From: Chlorokybus atmophyticus
Taxonomy: Eukaryota; Plantae; Mesostigma and Chlorokybus algae
NCBI GenBank assembly: GCA_009103225.1
Contig: RHPI01002568.1
Coordinates: forward strand, 534,098-598,097
Direction: 5' to 3'
Length of the DNA: 64,000 nt
Every line of letters begins with the position of its first letter. Position 1 is the stretch's first letter. This document shows positions 53,049-64,000 of the stretch, one piece after another. Below the pieces are notes generated by a model that was not told where the DNA came from, made no database searches, and saw only the letters and a list, made by a program, of their open reading frames with translations. A program made the position numbers and the translations under genes.

Positions 53049-55589
53049 GCTCCTCCCACAAGCTGATCCTCCACCTTCTCCGCCACCTTGTTCCCCTCCT
53101 CCTTCTCCACCCCCGCCAGCCCCGCCCAGCCGGTGTCCCTGCCTAGGGCGGCGCAACCTTGGCGACAAACCCCCGTCACTATGCCTCGCACAGTAAGTAC
53201 ACACCTACCCGAACGCCAATTTCGCGTCGCCAAAACGCTGGCAGGAGGGTGCAGCCTACAGTACGCCCTACACACCACACAGGTCCCAGAACCGGCCGCA
53301 CAACAGACGAAAGTGAAGTCTCCCGCGTGCATGTGTGGCCAGTAGGCTCCGTCGACCGGCATCCGCTGTCATGGCAACCGGTAAAAAAGCAAAGCTCTAA
53401 CTGCAGATGTCGATGACCCTCGGTGGCAAAGCGGTCAGTGACCGGTACGCTTATTCAAACACCCACAGGGGAGTCCTGTACAATGGCTAGCAGGACGGCC
53501 ACGCACCGGAACCAACGAGGTTGTTGGGAGCAGCGACAAATGGCGTGGGCAATTTCGGACATAATGGTGGTGTGTGTCGGCTGGCCGGAAGTTGTGGTTT
53601 TCACTTATGGTAGGGACAACAGAAAGGCAATCACAGTGACTCACTCCACTGACTCGGCGGCGACCACCCCATGGAAGCAAGTAAAACGGCCGACAGCCAA
53701 GATTCTTATGAATAGAAACCGCCGCCGGCAGGTGCTATTGTCGCCGGACCCTTTGCTTTGTCTGACCGATTGTGAACGTTTTGCGGCAAGTCGCCGCTGC
53801 GCGTCCGGTGCAAAGCTGCGGGTGCGGGTACGTGCCAAACACTGGTGCGCCGCGCTACTTGCTCGAGCACTCATGGAATGACCGATCATTTATTACAAAG
53901 CGACGGCACGTTTGCAGCGCGGATGAAAGACGACGTGTTACGCAATTGGCGCGCGTTGTAGGGAGATGCCCGATATGGTACAACAACGACTTGCGCTAGA
54001 GGAACGCAACACACAACGGCTGCGCCACGCGACAGGCGCGACACAGTTAAAGCAAAAAAGGTCAACCCATGAACAAGTCAGCCTTCATGATTGTCCAATT
54101 GTAGCCTCATGCACGCAGTGGGCGCGGGCATCCAGGCGTCGTGCATCACCACGCCAATGAGGTTCTTAGTAAGAACATTTTATCAGTAGAACACGTTTTC
54201 AGATGAAGGCACCCCTTCTGCGTATTTGGCCCAGACAGTTTGGGACCCAGACTTTGGGTTCTTTGAAAGTTGTTTTCACCTGGCCTGATTGACTGCCATC
54301 CACAACCGGTTACAGGATATTAGTACAAATTTGCCATACGTTGGTCAACTGCTGACATCCGTGTCTGGTAGCGGGTGCATCATGAAATAACATGAAAATG
54401 TGCCATTCGCCAATTCCGTAGGTAACGTGGCCAGCCTGGGTTGTTAAGGATATTTCCGGTACCCACAGTATAAATTCCCATCAGCAGACACTTGAAATGA
54501 AAAGCATATGAATGTCACATTTTTATGCTTATTGTTTTTTTTCAATCAGCCACAAACCTACAACTTGTAACCTACATTGCTTACTTCCGGTTAATGTATA
54601 GGTACACATATACATCTATGTAAATTTTTACAGCTTTAATATCTTATTCAGATAGTAAAATGCGCTTGCAAAAGTAAACAGATGCATTTCTTGTTACAAT
54701 TAACATAAGATAGTACATTGATCATGCGTGTTGTTATTTAAGGTATTTAAGGCTAAATGCATGATTGGTTGTCACGCATTGCAGTATATATTATTAATGA
54801 TAAATTGGACGCAAATGTAAGAGTTGTACGCACATAAGTCGCTGCATTCTCGTTGTTTAATCTTTTTAATTCAAATACGACCATAATTCGTACTTAAATA
54901 GAAATGCATGACAGTAACAACTTTGCATGCAAGTTATTGCTCAATTCATGACACAAGCAAAGACAAATGCAGGATTATAAAGTCTTGATGAAAGGCATGA
55001 GAGTCACTCAATATGCTGGAGGCAGTTAAACTATGTGTGTTATATACTTGAAAGTTGTAGACCAGACTTTAACATCAACAAACGCTAATAATACAATCTT
55101 GCTCGTTTTACCACATCGTGCACGTATCTTATGTTGCTTTACTGCCAGGCTTGTTCAAGAGCGATGTTTAACACATATACAATGCATGCAATTTATTTGT
55201 GAACAATCCATATCTTATTTGTTGAAAATCTATATTGCAATGCTATCATTACTTCATCACTGGTTAGACCACATCAACAATGTGTCAATCATTGAATATG
55301 AAAATATAGGATCTGTGAAACGATATAAAAACAGCGATATAACAAAACTACCAAAATGAAAATACGCAGGTATATAAAATGTGCATCAATGCATCAACTT
55401 GTTATCACATTACTCAAACATGCATGCGTTTTGTTAACTTAATCAAGCACTTAGTGCTTTATAAGTAAATACTGACATCGGTACACGTGTACATTTAAGT
55501 ACATGCAATTTTGACACGTACACAACACGTATGAATATTTATAACTATTTTACATAGCAGCTATTGGGATAAGAAGTAGGAATGTTTCC

Positions 55590-55870
55590 ATACATATATT
55601 CCCAATGTATATATGCATACATATACATATACTTACATATATGTAAGTGCGTGTATATATACACATATATATATGTATATATATACATATACACATACAC
55701 ATATGTAAGTATATACATATATGCATGTCCATATATGTAAACATATATATATCTATGTATACATGTTTACATATATGGACATGTATGTACATAACTATAT
55801 GTATATTTATATACATTTATGTGTACATATATGTACACATATTTATATATATATGTGTATATATATACTA
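55590..55870. repeat. Degenerate (TA/CA/TG) low-complexity repeat
   Basis: ATATACATATAT-type run. Confidence 0.85.
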
Positions 55871-56654
55871 GCATGTGAACCCCTGACCTTTTATGCTTAC
55901 TTTCATTATTGGCATGAATAATATGTTCATGGCACGGGTAACAGGGCGGAATGCGGCACAGCAATGTTAATTACGCTCAGCGCATCAACTGCAATGAACG
56001 CGCAATCAATTCGTATCTGATCATGTATATTGCTTTTGCAATATTATATCAATAATACATTACACAATCAAGCATGCTATGACTGTGTATTCACATAATT
56101 TATTCTTTTTGTGCATACATGTAGTTAATAACATGCGCAATGCAAACAACACCGCATCACATGTTGAATTCAAACATTATCATACTGAAAATTTTGTGTG
56201 CATCACATACATTGTGTAGACCATTGACAATGACTGCAGTCGTTCAATTTATATACATATACCCCAACCTGCTTCGCTTCCCGACACATAGTCGTACATA
56301 TTAATAGATATAATTAACAATTGGCCCCATATAAGTGTTATCGGCTACAAACAGCACAACATAGCAAATAGCATGTCGTTTGTACACATATTCATACTAA
56401 TACTTAACGCAAGACACTATGCCCCAATGTACCATCAGTTTTAAGCTGTCTTCATTGCTCGTCACAACCATCACCCGGTGTGATGGCGTCGCCCGCTACG
56501 TCGAGTGGGCGACGCCATCACAGGTACCACAGCCTGCATGCAAAATCGAAAGTGAGTAAGCTATGGGAGGCTGTTGGCATGAATTGACTGAAAAAACACA
56601 CGCACACATGCACGGGTTGCACACGCACCAAAACACATACATGCACTAACTGCT

Positions 56655-56662
56655 CGCTCGCG

Positions 56663-56735
<73 letters not shown>

Positions 56736-57023
56736 NNNNNNNNNNNNNNNNNNNNNNNNNNNNNNNNNNNNNNNNNNNNNNNNNNNNNNNNNNNNNNNNN
56801 NNNNNNNNNNNNNNNNNNNNNNNNNNNNNNNNNNNNNNNNNNNNNNNNNNNNNNNNNNNNNNNNNNNNNNNNNNNNNNNNNNNNNNNNNNNNNNNNNNNN
56901 NNNNNNNNNNNNNNNNNNNNNNNNNNNNNNNNNNNNNNNNNNNNNNNNNNNNNNNNNNNNNNNNNNNNNNNNNNNNNNNNNNNNNNNNNNNNNNNNNNNN
57001 NNNNNNNNNNNNNNNNNNNNNNN

Positions 57024-57113
<90 letters not shown>
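56655..57113. repeat. (CT)n - N gap - (CT)n - (CA)n compound microsatellite
   Basis: SSR-flanked assembly gap of about 290 N. Confidence 0.92.
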
Positions 57114-57116
<3 letters not shown>

Positions 57117-57680
57117 ACTGGCTGAGTGCGCAAAGCGTACATGCATACACATGCATACATGCAATGACTGATTGACTGCACACATGTCCAGGCCAGCACA
57201 CACACAACACGCAAGCAATGAGATTATTTCCCACCTGATTGGTAGGGTTGGAAGGCGGGTGGGGTTGTGCAGCTGCGTGAGACCACCATCGCTGGACCTG
57301 CCTGCACCAGCAACAATTAATATAGACAGATACACTGAACACACCCACACCCATCCACCCACACACACACATGGCACCTCACGCGCACGGACGCACGCAC
57401 GCACGTGCACCCACTGTACCAGCATATAACAACACGCACGCAACCTGACACAGACAACCACAACACATATAGCATATACACCAACCAGAGGGTGGGGGGG
57501 GGAGTTGCGGTCGCTGCAACTGCGCTGGCAGGGTGCCGCTAAGGAGGAGGGGGCTGCCGCTGGTGGTGGTGACGAGGATGGGCGCTGCTATGGTTGGGGC
57601 GGCTTGGAGTGGAGGGATCAGATGGTGGAAGGGGTGCCGCCTGTTGCCGGCGGCACCTGTGGCGAACAGAGGCACTTAGA

Positions 57681-57682
<2 letters not shown>

Positions 57683-57722
<40 letters not shown>
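57683..57722. repeat. (GA)n microsatellite
   Basis: AG run ending at an N. Confidence 0.9.
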
Positions 57723-58073
57723 NGCACCAGAATCAACCTGCTGAAAAGGCGTTGCCGTTGCCGCCGCCGCGCAGCAGTACGGTCCTGCCAATACCTGTCA
57801 CTGCTGCGCAGCTCCGTTTATTATACGGCGCTGGCGGCCTCACAACTTCTCAAACAGCCGCCATCGTGCCGTTGCAACGGGCCGCGGGGTCACTGCGGTG
57901 CGCTGCAGCCCAGCGCCGAAGCAAGCGGCGGGGCGTATTGTAAACATTAGCCTGCATTGACTTCTTACATCTGGATATTGCGTCGCGCAGGTGCAAAACA
58001 GCCGCAACGCGGGGGGGCGGGCAGTTTTTTGCCCGTGTACACACACAACTCTTAGCATGATATAGTAGGATAT

Positions 58074-58647
58074 TTCGGCTGTTGACCATGTTTGATGACG
58101 CAGTAACTATAGCGTGTAATCAATTAGCGTTACATGGTAGAGTGGATCAGTTACAATGAGGGTGAGTAGTGGCGGCATGTTTTTGGGGTATGGGGCCTGC
58201 CCCGACCTCGTACCGCCAAAAACGCGGCCGTTTCAACCACTAACTGTGCTGCAATTGCACCAAATCCCTAGCAATTTTTGGTCGCCGTTGGTAAGCAATT
58301 GCCGCTGAGATAGATTTCAGCATCTTTTGTGCATCTCTGCAATGATTGGCGACTTCGCTGCCTTTTTCAGCAACGGCTGTTATCACCGTTGCGATCCCAT
58401 TTGATCAAATTCATACATGATCAAATGGCGGCCTAACGATGCAATTTTTCGTTTAGTTGAATCTTAACGTTAAAGTAATTTAGGTTAGCATCATTTTGAT
58501 GGTTGTAACCTTGACTTTACTTACTGAGTATCTTAGCACGTACCGTGGCGTGAACGCTACGATGAACATTAAGTTTTGTAACATTTAATTCGGCTGTTGA
58601 CCATGTTTGATGACGCAATAACTATAGCGTGTAATCAATTAGCGTTA
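58074..58647. repeat. 59-bp direct repeat pair (58074..58132 and 58589..58647, 1 mismatch), 515 bp apart
   Basis: TTCGGCTGTTGACCATGTTTGATGACGCA(G/A)TAACTATAGCGTGTAATCAATTAGCGTTA; looser similarity continues for about 20 bp. Confidence 0.9.
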
Positions 58648-59101
58648 AAAGGTTGAGTGGATCACTTAGAATTGCAGGTTGCTAGCTATATTGCACCATG
58701 TTACACCATATTGCACCATATTGCACCATATGTGCTTCATATCGCAACATATGTGCTTCATATTGCAACACATCAGAGATTGTTTTGCCACCTTAAATAC
58801 GCGAGTTACATCTCAAATCATATCGGCCATATGCAGCAATATGCCGGCATGTGCAGCGTGCACATTGTGCTCATTATTGATATTTATTCGCATATATTTT
58901 GAGTTGAGCATGAAGTGGGGATGTGCTTTGGACGGTCGAGATCTGTATTCTACAGATCGAACAGGCAACAATTGATCAACGCCGCCTAGCCAATGCGGCA
59001 TGCGGGCCACGCAGCCCGGCAGTCGCGGGTGCCGCATGTGATGCCCTGGGGTGAGGTTTGTGTGTGCCCTAATGCCGGCTGCCCAATCAGCCGCACCGCT
59101 C

Positions 59102-59105
<4 letters not shown>

Positions 59106-59141
<36 letters not shown>

Positions 59142-60300
59142 NNNNNNNNNNNNNNNNNNNNNNNNNNNNNNNNNNNNNNNNNNNNNNNNNNNNNNNNNNN
59201 NNNNNNNNNNNNNNNNNNNNNNNNNNNNNNNNNNNNNNNNNNNNNNNNNNNNNNNNNNNNNNNNNNNNNNNNNNNNNNNNNNNNNNNNNNNNNNNNNNNN
59301 NNNNNNNNNNNNNNNNNNNNNNNNNNNNNNNNNNNNNNNNNNNNNNNNNNNNNNNNNNNNNNNNNNNNNNNNNNNNNNNNNNNNNNNNNNNNNNNNNNNN
59401 NNNNNNNNNNNNNNNNNNNNNNNNNNNNNNNNNNNNNNNNNNNNNNNNNNNNNNNNNNNNNNNNNNNNNNNNNNNNNNNNNNNNNNNNNNNNNNNNNNNN
59501 NNNNNNNNNNNNNNNNNNNNNNNNNNNNNNNNNNNNNNNNNNNNNNNNNNNNNNNNNNNNNNNNNNNNNNNNNNNNNNNNNNNNNNNNNNNNNNNNNNNN
59601 NNNNNNNNNNNNNNNNNNNNNNNNNNNNNNNNNNNNNNNNNNNNNNNNNNNNNNNNNNNNNNNNNNNNNNNNNNNNNNNNNNNNNNNNNNNNNNNNNNNN
59701 NNNNNNNNNNNNNNNNNNNNNNNNNNNNNNNNNNNNNNNNNNNNNNNNNNNNNNNNNNNNNNNNNNNNNNNNNNNNNNNNNNNNNNNNNNNNNNNNNNNN
59801 NNNNNNNNNNNNNNNNNNNNNNNNNNNNNNNNNNNNNNNNNNNNNNNNNNNNNNNNNNNNNNNNNNNNNNNNNNNNNNNNNNNNNNNNNNNNTATATATA
59901 TGTATATATGTATGTATATATATGTATATATATACATATATATGTATATATGTATGTATATATATACATATATATACATACATATATACATATATATACA
60001 TACATATATACATATATATACATGTATATATATACATATATATACATATATATACATATACATATACATATATATATATATGTATGTATATATATATGTG
60101 TACATGTATACATATACATATATACATGTACATATATATACATATATGTACATGTATGTATATGTGTACATGTATACATGCACACATATACATGTACATA
60201 TATATACATATATGTATATGTGTATGTACACACACACATGTATATGTGTAATTATGTCTGTGTACATGTATATATGTACCGATATGCATACCTATATATA
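59106..60300. repeat. (AT)n / (ATAC)n array spanning a ~750-N assembly gap
   Basis: AT run, N gap, then a degenerate TATATACA array. Confidence 0.9.
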
Positions 60301-61449
60301 CCGTATTCACCTTAACACAGTCCCCCATTTTTATACGATCCCCCCTCAATTTTGCGGGGGGGCATAGTCCCCGCAAATTACGTCATCAAATGTGTGGGTT
60401 ACGCTATTGGTCGTAGCCAGTAGCGTAACCTGTACGGGTGCCGGCAGGCCAGCTGCAAAGGCGGCAGCATCTTGACGGCCCATAAGGAAAGAAGCATCTG
60501 TGCCAAAGTGGCCCACAACTTGTGGGCCATTTTGGCTTTCTTATGGGCCACAAAAAAGACAATTAACATCACATGTCATGTCACACACTTTAACATGGCA
60601 AGCATATACATGTATCAAACTATAAAATACATGATGTATAGACTTGTTATGTGCGATCCCATCATATACACAAAGACATATGCATAACATTGTAGTATAT
60701 GCGTTTATTCTGTAATATATGATGTTTATAATTTATGGTTATAAATATATACATACTTATAGCGGATACTAACATCACAAATATACATATAAACCACATT
60801 TAACACATATATATACCACATATATAGTACAGTCCCCTTTTTGGGGGTGTAACGGGAAGGTATATTATATTACCACAAATCGACCATAAAAGCACCAAGT
60901 CTTTTGTGGTTGAGTGGGCTGTGACATTGGTCATCGGAGCTCGAGACCCGGGTTCGATTCATGCCTTGCATACGAATTCCGCGGTCGTTGTTTCTCGATC
61001 CAGTAACATCGTAAATGGTCATAATGCCATCATCGATGGGTCGCGACTTACTTATGGCAGTCGCGCCGGCGTTCAGTCGGCGCGGCAGGACGCGACCTGT
61101 GGGGCCGGCAGCGTTTCGCTATGCGCGCGTTGCCCGGTATGGGCCTATATTGGCCGGTCCTTGGGTGGTGGGGCCAGTGACCCTAATCAGACCCCTGGGA
61201 TGATTCCCCAGTCAGCGTTCTTAAGTGGGTGGGACCGTAACGAGAACATAGTACACAGTACATTAAATAACCACAAATCGACCATAAAAGCACCAAGTCT
61301 ATTGTGGTCGAGTGGGCTGTGACAGGGGGACTGTACTATACATGGACTTTAAGAATGGGGGGGGGACTATAAGGTTAAAACAATGTCCCTCCAAAAAAAG
61401 CCGGGGAGGGGACTGTGTTTTGGGGGAGACTGTGTTGGGGTAAGTACGG
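60301..61449. mobile_element. Non-autonomous Tc1/mariner-superfamily (Tc2/pogo-like) MITE, TA TSD, ~26-bp imperfect TIRs
   Basis: Left TA|CCGTATTCACCTTAACACAGTCCCCC; right reverse complement TA|CCGTACTTACCCCAACACAGTCTCCC (differences are transitions only). Mirrored subterminal AGTCCCC/GGGGACT motifs; no ORF. Confidence 0.75.
60848..61324 (+). mobile_element. TRIM-like miniature LTR retroelement (477 bp) nested in the MITE
   Basis: LTR1 60848..60926 (TGTAAC..GTGACA) and LTR2 61236..61324 (CGTAAC..GTGACA) share a 55-bp core with 2 mismatches. PBS-like TGGTCATCGGAGC at 60928..60940, purine-rich tract at 61223..61234, and a 5-bp TSD GGGGG at 60843..60847 and 61325..61329. Confidence 0.75.
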
Positions 61450-61545
61450 TATATATACGTATATATATACACACAATTAGTATACATATGTACACTTTAT
61501 GTATACATATATATACAATATGTATATGTATATATACATATTGTA

Positions 61546-61549
<4 letters not shown>

Positions 61550-61595
<46 letters not shown>
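61550..61595. repeat. (GA)n microsatellite
   Basis: GA run. Confidence 0.9.
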
Positions 61596-61598
<3 letters not shown>

Positions 61599-62099
61599 TA
61601 TTGGTAAAACCGCTGTATATATCACATTCATGCTAATATACCCACCGTTTACCACACACCCACCCTTCAAATCATAGGGTGTTGAAGTAGGTTTGCCAAC
61701 CTGATATAACTTAATACAACTTCATAAATGATTTATGATAGCTTGTAACTCAAAGGATTTATGAATGTAAGAGCCCCCCCCCCCTTTCCTTTTACACTCG
61801 TAAAAGCCTTTATGTGTAACTTACAAACGAAGATTACCCCTTGCGCCCCCCTTTAATATAGCAAAGGGCGCCCCTTTTACACTCATAAAAGCCCTCGCTT
61901 GTACGTTACAACCGAAGAGCGTCGCAATATGTTTTCCCTGCCGGCCGATTAAATATTGGCAACGGCCGTGCACCTGAGGATACTAATCTATACTGTCGTG
62001 GCTCAGTCCACCTGTAATCTTGATACAGGGACCTAATAGTAACTTTCGTTACTATCAGGCCCTTGTTGTTACAGTTTAGTCTTTAATGTTAACTATGCC

Positions 62100-62395
62100 T
62101 AACTAACAGGCGCCTGTTAATTGCCTATCAGGCCCTAACAGCTGACTTTATATAATTCACAGGCATCTATTAGTTACACATCAGGCCTTAACAGGTGAAT
62201 TTATATAATTTACAGGCACCTGTAAGTTACACATCAGGCCTTAACAGGTGACTACACCTAATTAGCAGGCACTTGCAAATTACACATCAGTCTTATTTAT
62301 GTGACTCAGCCTATGTGACAGGCACCTGCAGGTTACACACCAGTCCAGCGCAGGCGACTAAGCCTAATTCACAAGCACCAACTAGGTTATCGACA
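62100..62395. repeat. 53-bp minisatellite, about 5-6 degenerate copies
   Basis: The TCAGGCC/CCAGTCC anchor recurs at 62128, 62181, 62234, 62287 and 62340, an exact 53-bp period. Confidence 0.85.
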
Positions 62396-62744
62396 AGTTG
62401 AGGCATTCTTTTACAACTGAAGGTGACTAACGTCTAACTGTCGCCATATGTATTTGCATAGCTTGACTACACGCGACTGTCACTGACTGCCAGCATTGTT
62501 ATGTGCCTGTGCTGTGTACAGGTACCTGAAATGTGTACAGTGTCTCTCAGTCACTTGCCAAGGCTTGTAGTTCGATTATGTGACTCGAATGCAGATGTGC
62601 AGTTCTGTTGTATATCATAGGGATGAAAGTATTGACATGCATCAGCATTACGACAATTGACTGAGCTGGTTTAAGATGCACAACACTCGGTCACAAGAGC
62701 CTTGTAGCTATGTACACTACCAGCTAAACGGACTACCAACTGCG

Positions 62745-64000
62745 CTACAGCTCCTCTCCATCATCGCTGGTCTCGTCATTACGGAACAAAGCACCACGCA
62801 ATGGGGCCTGTGGAGGAGACGCCGGAGCTTGCTCTTCCTCCTCAAACGGTTGTGCCAGCCAATCAAATGCCGCTTCTGCCTCAGCGAGCGGGTCACGAGC
62901 TGCTGTCTCTTGCGGCCGGCGCCGATTGGGATCTTTCAGGTATTCGACACAAGATGCAGTGCGGCGTTTCACAAGGGTGAATGGCTGGAGGGCTGCGTGC
63001 CGTTGCCTCATCTCCCGCTTCATTGACATGATCATGGTGTTGATTTCGCTGAGGTACTCTTCATGTGTGTCTATGCTGGCAGCTAGGAGAGGGTCTCCAT
63101 CTTTGCCCTTTAGGATGCGCTCCACCTGCGTAGTTTACAGGCATGTCTTAGTGGCATAGAAAGCCACTATTCACTGCAACGCGTCTGCAAGCCTGTAGTT
63201 TGGGGCTACTGCATTCTTAAATTGCTAATGATGGAGTTCAGAGTGCTTACCGTAAGCAACAGGTATGCGAGGTGGTTGACTGTCAGCTGCCGGCGACCAG
63301 GTGTAGTGACGGCGTAAGACCAGCATTGCATGATCATTTGCCAGATTATGGGATTGCCCCATCATGGATGTATCTCCTCCGCTCCGGGTCTGCAGTGTCG
63401 GTCACCTCAAATCTCCGCCATGACTTATCTGCGACAGTCATACCGACAAGGCATTAGTCACGAAATAGATAGTTCAAGTTGAGCCTGCATCAGGCTAGAA
63501 CAGTGCATGTGACTTACTTTGGAGCGCGTTGCGCATCTGGGCTTTTTGGGTCTCGGGGTCCATTAGGGCGTCGATGTCCCTGATTGAATCGGTTACAATA
63601 AGCGAGATGAGTACGTGTGTATGGAGGCTGAGTAAGAAGGCAGTGTTGCATAGCAGACATGGTGGTGAGGGACCCAACTCACTTGCGCTTGTTGCTGTTA
63701 AACAGTGTCCACTTGTACTCCTTTTCAAGGACATGCTTGATCCTGGTGACGTTCTTAGACCGGACCTGCGTAGCTTTCTTCAAGGCGACACTCCAGTGGA
63801 AGGGGCACTCTTTGGGAGTCCAGTACACCTCATAGAACTTGGCCGCATCGGCCTCGTCGCCATCGTCGAAGCCAACTAACTGTCACGGGCAGGTTGGTCA
63901 GTGTCACGGTGCAGTGCGGTCATGAAGCATTCACAGCACCTGACACATGACGTTACGAATAGTGTCCTCCTTGGGATAAACGTGGCTCTCTACCCAGTGG
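62745..64000 (-). mobile_element. Partial intron-containing gene resembling a Mutator-like (MULE) transposase, possibly disrupted; continues beyond window
   Basis: Spliced HWVESHVYPKEDTIRNVMCQ|LVGFDDGDEADAAKFYEVYWTPKECPFHWSVALKK resembles the MULE D-D..A..V..CxxH segment. The following exon hits a stop (..HDGAIP*) before the 62745..63125 ORF. Confidence 0.4.

Noticed and set aside
57079-57675. Small spliced Pro-rich minus-strand gene
   Set aside because: Low-complexity, unrecognisable and interrupted by an assembly gap; kept only as context for the 56.5-kb hairpin.
56561-60376. Long ORFs rich in X, Y/I and ER
   Set aside because: Artefacts of N gaps and AT/GA repeats.
60900-60972. Functional tRNA gene
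   Set aside because: The A and B boxes are present, but the acceptor, anticodon and T stems do not pair; it lies inside a TRIM.
60830-61333. Separate inner TA-flanked CAGT..ACTG MITE
   Set aside because: Better explained as a 22-bp hairpin split by the TRIM insertion (GGGGG TSD).
62100-62395. CRISPR-like array
   Set aside because: Whole units are degenerate copies with no unique spacers; eukaryotic context and no cas genes.

Overview
Eukaryotic nuclear DNA: gene-dense, many short introns, from a short-read-type assembly with three N gaps flanked by simple repeats. Gene content suggests a green-lineage organism, most likely an early-diverging streptophyte alga such as Chlorokybus or Mesostigma (inference from plant-type FKBP17-2, WEE1, GPRP and an ankyrin-class SBP-box factor). 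I reconstructed about 17 spliced loci by hand: FKBP17-2 (5' truncated), Yae1-family, small multi-drug export family, an orphan C2H2-like gene, WEE1, SPCS1, oligopeptidase B, a chimeric secreted GH79, a GPI-type Frizzled-CRD-like protein, a plastid Zn-binding protein, a 4xCUE-DUF1771-Smr protein, a plastid membrane protein, GPRP, dihydroorotase, PTPA, an SPL1/12/14/16-type SBP factor, and a partial Mutator-like transposase at the right edge. The last ~10 kb is repeat-rich. It includes a nested element: a TA-flanked CCGTA..TACGG MITE carrying a 477-bp TRIM-like LTR element with a 5-bp TSD and tRNA-spaced A/B boxes. No rRNA, functional tRNA or CRISPR array was found. The best leads are the Frizzled-like CRD protein, the GH79 fused via an extensin linker to bacterial-type modules, the nested MITE/TRIM, and at least five GC-AG introns. 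All family assignments come from motif recognition by eye; no database search was run.
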